A model generated the notes under the pieces. That model was given only the letters and a program-made list of their open reading frames with translations. It ran no database searches and was not told the DNA's origin. A stretch of DNA of 12,491 nucleotides from an uncultured archaeon (lineage in GTDB: Archaea; Asgardarchaeota; Lokiarchaeia; Sigyniarchaeales; SOKP01): assembly GCA_964493715.1 (NCBI GenBank), contig CAZBPC010000071.1, positions 4,604 to 17,094 on the forward strand, written 5' to 3'. Below, piece after piece: positions 7,438 to 12,491 of the stretch; positions within the stretch are counted from its first letter, which is position 1, and every line of letters starts with the position of its first letter. The position numbers and the translations under genes were made by a program.

Positions 7438-8811
7438 TCAAATAGGTTTAGGAGTAATTTTGAGAACGTAGGCGGCAGAGTTCTTCAAATTAAATGGGAT
7501 TGATATTTTTAATGTTCCATTCACTTGTTGCCAATTTAATAGCTCCTCATAACCCAATATTTTAATCTTAGAATCTTCCATAATTCGTAAATCGCATATG
7601 GTAATCTCATTCACATTTGAATCGGTTAAGAGATGAATATAAAGATTATTATCTTTTTGAGTAAATTTAATAGGGATTTTCTCAAGGGTTTCTCCTTCAG
7701 CCTTTAGCCACGGTCTAGTTTCAAAAATCGCTTCACCATTAACTTCTAACCATTTTCCAATCCCTAAGATTGCTTTCTTTTGCAATTCTGGTATTGAACC
7801 GTCCATTTTTGGTCCAACATTAATAAGAAGATTTCCATTCTTACATACAACATCAATTAGCAAATAAATTAACTCTTTTGGAGCCAAGTACTCATTTTCA
7901 GTTTCTATTTTATTATATCCGTAGGAATTTCCTATACCTCTTGTGCTCTCCCATTTATAATTAGTAATTTTGGGCATCTTTTCATATTCTGGAGTTATAA
8001 AATCCCAATGCCTTACTGTAGGATGTTTAAATTCAGATTTATGGGATTGTTTCCATCTATCATTTATAACCCCTTCAGGTAATTTATTATAAAAGTATGA
8101 GAAAATTTCATATACATTAGTATTAGGAGGATAACCAATATCATTCCATAAAATTATGGGTTCAAATTTATCTATAAGCTCATACCAATGATTATTAGCA
8201 TAATTTGTGTACTGGATCGAATCTGGGCCGTTTGAAATAAATGATTTGCCATCAATTATGGGATTAGGGTTAAATGACCAATCCAATGCACCAGAATAAT
8301 AAAAACCCATTTTTAAACCTCTCTTTTTTACGGCGTTAGTGAGTTCACTCACAATATTCCTACTAGCATGATATTTTTTTTTATTTGGGTTTTTGTAGTC
8401 GCTTGACCATAAAAGAAAGCCATCATGATGTTTTGTTACTAAAACAACATACTTTGCTCCAGCTTTTTTAAAGAGATCAGCCATTTCATCAGGATTCCAT
8501 TTCTCAATTTCCTTATTAAAGATTGGAATAAATTCATCATAAGAAAAATTCGCTCCATAGGTTTGTTCATGAAATTTTTGTGTTGGACTTCCTTTTATCC
8601 TTAAAGAATTTAAATACCATTCGGCATAGGGATTATTTTTAAAATGCTCTTCAGGACCTCTCTTCATGGAATCTACTAAATTTATTCCAGTAATAGCAAA
8701 TGCTGGTACAGAATATAATCCCCAATGAACAAAAATTCCAAATTTTGCATTATGAAACCAATCTGGGACCTCATGTTGCTTTAATGAAGCTTTTTCAGGA
8801 GTGTATTTCAT
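7438..8811 (-). CDS. Alpha-L-fucosidase, GH29 (Thermotoga AfcA-like), canonical copy
   Basis: 457 aa with WFHNAKFGIFVHWG, NPYAEWY, TKHHDGF, YYSGALDW, LWNDIG (nucleophile), NDRW, DFITPEY (acid/base), WESTRGIG and GNLLINVGP. No signal peptide. Starts 32 bp downstream of fucI. Confidence 0.95.
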   Translation of the reverse strand: MKYTPEKASLKQHEVPDWFHNAKFGIFVHWGLYSVPAFAITGINLVDSMKRGPEEHFKNNPYAEWYLNSLRIKGSPTQKFHEQTYGANFSYDEFIPIFNKEIEKWNPDEMADLFKKAGAKYVVLVTKHHDGFLLWSSDYKNPNKKKYHASRNIVSELTNAVKKRGLKMGFYYSGALDWSFNPNPIIDGKSFISNGPDSIQYTNYANNHWYELIDKFEPIILWNDIGYPPNTNVYEIFSYFYNKLPEGVINDRWKQSHKSEFKHPTVRHWDFITPEYEKMPKITNYKWESTRGIGNSYGYNKIETENEYLAPKELIYLLIDVVCKNGNLLINVGPKMDGSIPELQKKAILGIGKWLEVNGEAIFETRPWLKAEGETLEKIPIKFTQKDNNLYIHLLTDSNVNEITICDLRIMEDSKIKILGYEELLNWQQVNGTLKISIPFNLKNSAAYVLKITPKPI

Positions 8812-8843
8812 ATTTTTTTCAATCTCATTCTGTAAAAAATGTG

Positions 8844-10646
8844 CTATAACTTACCATATAAAGGACCAAAATTAGAACATGCTCTAAAATCTGCCCCTTC
8901 TAAGTTTTCAGTTCCAAAGCTGGTCCAAACACTTGGCCTGAATATCTTTTGGTTACGAATATTATGCATAAAAACTGGTATTCTTAACATTGATGCGAGA
9001 GTGATCAAGTCCGCCCCAATATGACCATAAGAGAGAACTCCATGATTGGCTCCCCAATTATTCATTACATCATATACAGTTGTAAATGCACCAACACCAG
9101 TTAATCTTGGAACAAACCAAGTAGTAGGCCAAGTATTATTAGTTCGATCATCTAATACTTTATGGATATTAAATGGGACATCAATCGCCCAACCCTCAGC
9201 TAATTGAAGCACTAATCCGATATTTTGAACGATATTAACTCTTGAAAGGGTCATTGGCATTTCCCCTCTTGTTAAAAAGTTTGAAGAAAATCCCCCTCCT
9301 CTAAAATATTCATAAATAACAGGGTCCCATTTTGAAGCGAGTAAACATCTCTTGACTTCTTCTTCTGTAATTAGCCAGAAGGGCTTTAATGCTGGTTTTC
9401 CCTCTATTTCTTGTTGTCCAGTACCATCCATCGTTGCAGAACCAGAATTAATAAGATGAATTATGCCTTTCTCTGCTTTCCCAGTTAACTTCATCCCAGT
9501 GACACGCTCTACTGCTTCTGGACTCCAAAAAGTTCTAACGTCGGCAAAAATCTGTGCGGTATTAGTTAACAAATGACTAAACAACATGGTGATTCCATTC
9601 AAAGCATCATTTTCGGTTGCCATCAGATAGGGTTGTCTGATTCCATTCCAATCAAATGAAGAGTTTAAAATAGTTTCCATGAAATCCCCATTCGGCATGA
9701 AATCAGTCCAATGGCGTTGTCCTTGAAATCCAGCAACTATAGCGTTATGTCCCAATGATTCTTCCCCATATCCCTTATTTTTTAATTCTGGATTACCTAC
9801 CATGAGATCTCTACAAATCATCGCCATTTTTATCATAATATCCCACTCTTCATCTTTTTGTACTCTGCTTTTTTGAAATTCGGAAGGGTTTGTATCTATT
9901 CCTTCTTTACAATATTCTTTCACCCATTTGAAAGCTAAATTGAATTCATTTTTATCATATATTCCTTCATGAATTCTCCGAGAAATTTCTGACATATCCA
10001 CATATTCATTTCTCATATCAAAATATTTCTGGAAATACTTTTCATCTATGATGGATCCAGCAATGCCCATTGAAACACTTCCTATTGATAAATATGATTT
10101 TCCTCTCATCCAAGCCACTGAAAGACCCGCCTTGGCAAATCGCAATAGTTTCTCTTTTACATCTTCAGGTATACTTGTATCATTTTCGTCCTGAACATCT
10201 TTTCCATAAATTCCAAATGCAGGTAACCCTTTTTGCGAATGAGCGGCTAAAACTGCTGCAAGATATACTGCACCTGGTCTTTCTGTACCATTAAATCCCC
10301 ATATAGCTTTAGGAATAAAAGGATCCATATCCATAGTTTCTGTTCCATAACACCAACAAGGAGTGACGGTTATTGAAACACCTACATCTTCCTTTCGGAA
10401 TTTTTGTGCACACTCTTCTGCTTGGGCAACACCACCAATCGTAGAATCTGATATCACGCATTTTACATTCATTCCATTAGGATATACTAAATGTGCACTT
10501 AGAAACTTAGCCACTGAATTTGCCATACCCATTGTTTGTTCTTCAAGCGATTCGCGAACTCCTTTTTCTCTTCCATCAATAGTAGGTCTGATACCAATTT
10601 TTGGGATAGCACCTTTTAACCTTTTCTTTCCAATGTGTTTCTCCAT
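8844..10646 (-). CDS. fucI: L-fucose isomerase
   Basis: 600 aa with [52 protein letters not shown] (catalytic/Mn Glu), FADVRT (Asp) and WGANHG (His). These are all hallmark FucI motifs. Confidence 0.97.
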   Translation of the reverse strand: MEKHIGKKRLKGAIPKIGIRPTIDGREKGVRESLEEQTMGMANSVAKFLSAHLVYPNGMNVKCVISDSTIGGVAQAEECAQKFRKEDVGVSITVTPCWCYGTETMDMDPFIPKAIWGFNGTERPGAVYLAAVLAAHSQKGLPAFGIYGKDVQDENDTSIPEDVKEKLLRFAKAGLSVAWMRGKSYLSIGSVSMGIAGSIIDEKYFQKYFDMRNEYVDMSEISRRIHEGIYDKNEFNLAFKWVKEYCKEGIDTNPSEFQKSRVQKDEEWDIMIKMAMICRDLMVGNPELKNKGYGEESLGHNAIVAGFQGQRHWTDFMPNGDFMETILNSSFDWNGIRQPYLMATENDALNGITMLFSHLLTNTAQIFADVRTFWSPEAVERVTGMKLTGKAEKGIIHLINSGSATMDGTGQQEIEGKPALKPFWLITEEEVKRCLLASKWDPVIYEYFRGGGFSSNFLTRGEMPMTLSRVNIVQNIGLVLQLAEGWAIDVPFNIHKVLDDRTNNTWPTTWFVPRLTGVGAFTTVYDVMNNWGANHGVLSYGHIGADLITLASMLRIPVFMHNIRNQKIFRPSVWTSFGTENLEGADFRACSNFGPLYGKL

Positions 10647-10650
10647 ATAT

Positions 10651-10657
10651 TTTACCT
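10651..10657 (-). promoter_or_regulatory. SD-like AGGTAAA upstream of fucI
   Basis: Minus strand reads AGGTAAA-atat-ATG. Near-identical AGGTAAA-tata-ATG precedes the MFS gene at 12341..12354, and AAGGT precedes the GGR start at 1065. Confidence 0.45.
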
Positions 10658-10735
10658 AAAATTATCAATGAATTAAGATTTAAAAAAGATAATTAAGAAA
10701 TAATTAAAATTTTTATTACTAAATTGAAAAATCCT

Positions 10736-12223
10736 TCAAATTATTTTGTCCCAAACTTTACGAGTAATATTGTTAGGATCGTTTTCTACTTTTGGTTCCT
10801 GAGCCAATATCATTACTGCTCTTTTTTTTAAGTCATAGATTGGCCATTCAGGGATACCAGAATGAGAAGGAATTCCAGTTCTAGCAAAAGTTACCCACGT
10901 GTCCATCATCATCTTAGATAAATCCTTGGTCTTTGGTGTTTTAATAATCACCCCTTCAGTCATGTCTTCTCCTAAAGTACCAAATACGAAAGCCATTTCA
11001 AAAGTATGCAATGCGGCACCAAACTTAGGAGAATCATAATAGAAGATATAGTGATATATATTATTTTGGTGTTCAACGTGAGCTTCAAGTTGACGAAGAA
11101 TTGGAATTCTAAACAAGGAATCTGATAATAAGAAATCCCAATATTTAAAATCGTTCTCGGGATAAATTAGTTTTGTTTCTGCTTTATAGATTTTTATTAA
11201 TTCCTCTAATTTTTCTTCAGAAATTCCACTTTTTTTGAATTGGGATTTCATTAACTTCATTATCAACGATCGTTTAACTTGATTGGAATTTTTTAGAAGA
11301 TCTGAGATCATTCCTAATTCTTCACTGTTATATCCGATTATTATTGGAACCTTAGCAGAATTTCCCTTCTTGATAATATCAATGGGCTGCTCGGGCATAA
11401 CTTCTCCATCTACGAAAGGTCTGAATGGATTATCTTTTAGATCGAAAACAGTGCCTGCAATCTTCTTTTGAACTTTAATCAGCTTTGTTAGCTCTATTTT
11501 TTTTAAGGTGTTAATATCATTTAATTTCAAACCTAATTTTTTCATAAACTTTTTCGCACCATTCCTAGCACTCTCTGCATCAAAATCTCGGGGGTTTGTT
11601 GCTCCACTCTCGATTATTGCTTTTTGATATAGTTCTTGAGCTAATGGAATAGTGAGTAAAATCCCTACAGACATTCCACCTGCGGACTCTCCAAAAATTG
11701 TAATGTTCTTCGGATCTCCCCCAAATTTTGCAATATTGTTTTGTACCCATTCTAAAGCTGCAACTTGATCTAAGATTCCTATATTTGGAGGTATTCCAGG
11801 TAAATTCAGAAACCCTAATGCTCCTAAGCGATAATTAAAACTCACTATAACAACATTGCCATATTCTGCTAACTTAGAACCATTGAATCTCTCTCTTGAA
11901 CCTGCACCAATTACGAAACCACCTCCATGAATCCAAAACATGACGGGTCGCTGCCTATTATCTGCTTGAGGAGTCCAAATATTAAGATAAAGACAATCTT
12001 CATTTTCTTCTTGTTTTATTGGGCTTTCATCGATATAATTTTGGGGTGCAATAGAACTGAAATTAGTAGCATCTTTTATATCATCCCAAGGATCCATCGG
12101 TTGAGGCTTTTGAAATCTCAAATCTCCCACGGGAGGTTTTGCATAAGGGATTCCATAGAACCTTTGATAACCAGATTCTTGAACTCCTCTAATTTTTCCT
12201 TTTAGTGTTTCTATTACAACCAT
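10736..12223 (-). CDS. Type-B carboxylesterase/lipase family protein (PnbA-like alpha/beta hydrolase)
   Basis: 495 aa with GIPYAKPPVGDLRF, EDCLYLNIW, WIHGGGF (oxyanion hole), NYRLG, FGGDP, GESAG (catalytic Ser, 11678..11692), GYNSEE (Glu) and ALHTFE (His). Confidence 0.93.
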   Translation of the reverse strand: MVVIETLKGKIRGVQESGYQRFYGIPYAKPPVGDLRFQKPQPMDPWDDIKDATNFSSIAPQNYIDESPIKQEENEDCLYLNIWTPQADNRQRPVMFWIHGGGFVIGAGSRERFNGSKLAEYGNVVIVSFNYRLGALGFLNLPGIPPNIGILDQVAALEWVQNNIAKFGGDPKNITIFGESAGGMSVGILLTIPLAQELYQKAIIESGATNPRDFDAESARNGAKKFMKKLGLKLNDINTLKKIELTKLIKVQKKIAGTVFDLKDNPFRPFVDGEVMPEQPIDIIKKGNSAKVPIIIGYNSEELGMISDLLKNSNQVKRSLIMKLMKSQFKKSGISEEKLEELIKIYKAETKLIYPENDFKYWDFLLSDSLFRIPILRQLEAHVEHQNNIYHYIFYYDSPKFGAALHTFEMAFVFGTLGEDMTEGVIIKTPKTKDLSKMMMDTWVTFARTGIPSHSGIPEWPIYDLKKRAVMILAQEPKVENDPNNITRKVWDKII

Positions 12224-12270
12224 AACTTAACAAAAATTAACGAGACAATTAATTAATTTTGGTTATTTTT

Positions 12271-12298
12271 GTTATATAAAGTTATAAACCTTTATATT
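12271..12298. promoter_or_regulatory. Candidate divergent archaeal-type TATA boxes between the esterase and MFS genes
   Basis: TTTATATA on minus (12273..12280), about 50 nt upstream of the esterase ATG. TTTATAT on plus (12291..12297), about 55 nt upstream of the MFS ATG. The AT-rich context makes chance matches plausible. Confidence 0.35.
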
Positions 12299-12351
12299 GT
12301 AAAAAAATCAATCTATATGCACCTTCAATTTAAAATAAAAAGGTAAATATA

Positions 12352-12491
12352 ATGGAAATTCATAGTAAAAAACAATTGAGTTCGAGGAATTTATGGGGAT
12401 ATGCTTTAGGTGCCATTCCTAATGGATTGTTAGTGTTTATCTTTGGGTTAAAGTACATTCAACTCTTTTTTGACAAATTACATTTGAACCC
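12352..12491 (+). CDS. MFS transporter, probably GPH/MelB (glycoside-pentoside-hexuronide:cation symporter) family; N-terminal fragment only
   Basis: Not in the ORF track. Hand translation gives MEIHSKKQLSSRNLWGYALGAIPNGLLVFIFGLKYIQLFFDKLHLN(P), which matches the GPH TM1 pattern GY-x-LG...Y-x-x-x-F-x-D-x-L-x-L-x-P. AGGT SD-like sequence upstream. Open to the window end. Confidence 0.7.
   Translation, partial: MEIHSKKQLSSRNLWGYALGAIPNGLLVFIFGLKYIQLFFDKLHLN

Noticed and set aside
8839-12205. Short plus-strand ORFs at 8839..9024, 10070..10294, 10363..10659, 11283..11471 and 11927..12205
   Set aside because: Antisense to fucI or the carboxylesterase; typical shadow ORFs.

Overview
AT-rich, gene-dense prokaryotic window with no RNA genes, CRISPR arrays or mobile elements that I could detect. 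It holds an L-fucose/fucoside utilisation locus with unusual accessory genes: L-fucose isomerase (fucI), two paralogous cytoplasmic GH29 alpha-L-fucosidases, a divergent pair of URO-D/MtaA-CmuA-fold (HxC, putative Zn) proteins between the fucosidases, a type-B carboxylesterase, an ~8-TM hypothetical membrane protein and the 5' end of an MFS (GPH/MelB-like) transporter. A divergent pair of geranylgeranyl-reductase-family flavoproteins lies at the left. Two CDSs that run off the window edges (1..1065 minus, 12352..12491 plus) are missing from the ORF track and were read by hand. Gene families and signals suggest an archaeon, probably Asgard/Lokiarchaeia (inference). Best lead: one GH29 copy keeps its catalytic residues but has a remodelled sugar-binding pocket (KHHDG->KHGDG, HWG->HLG) plus a basic amphipathic insertion, and lies directly downstream of a methyltransferase-fold gene. 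This suggests a system for releasing and demethylating/deacylating modified (e.g. 2-O-methyl) fucose before FucI.
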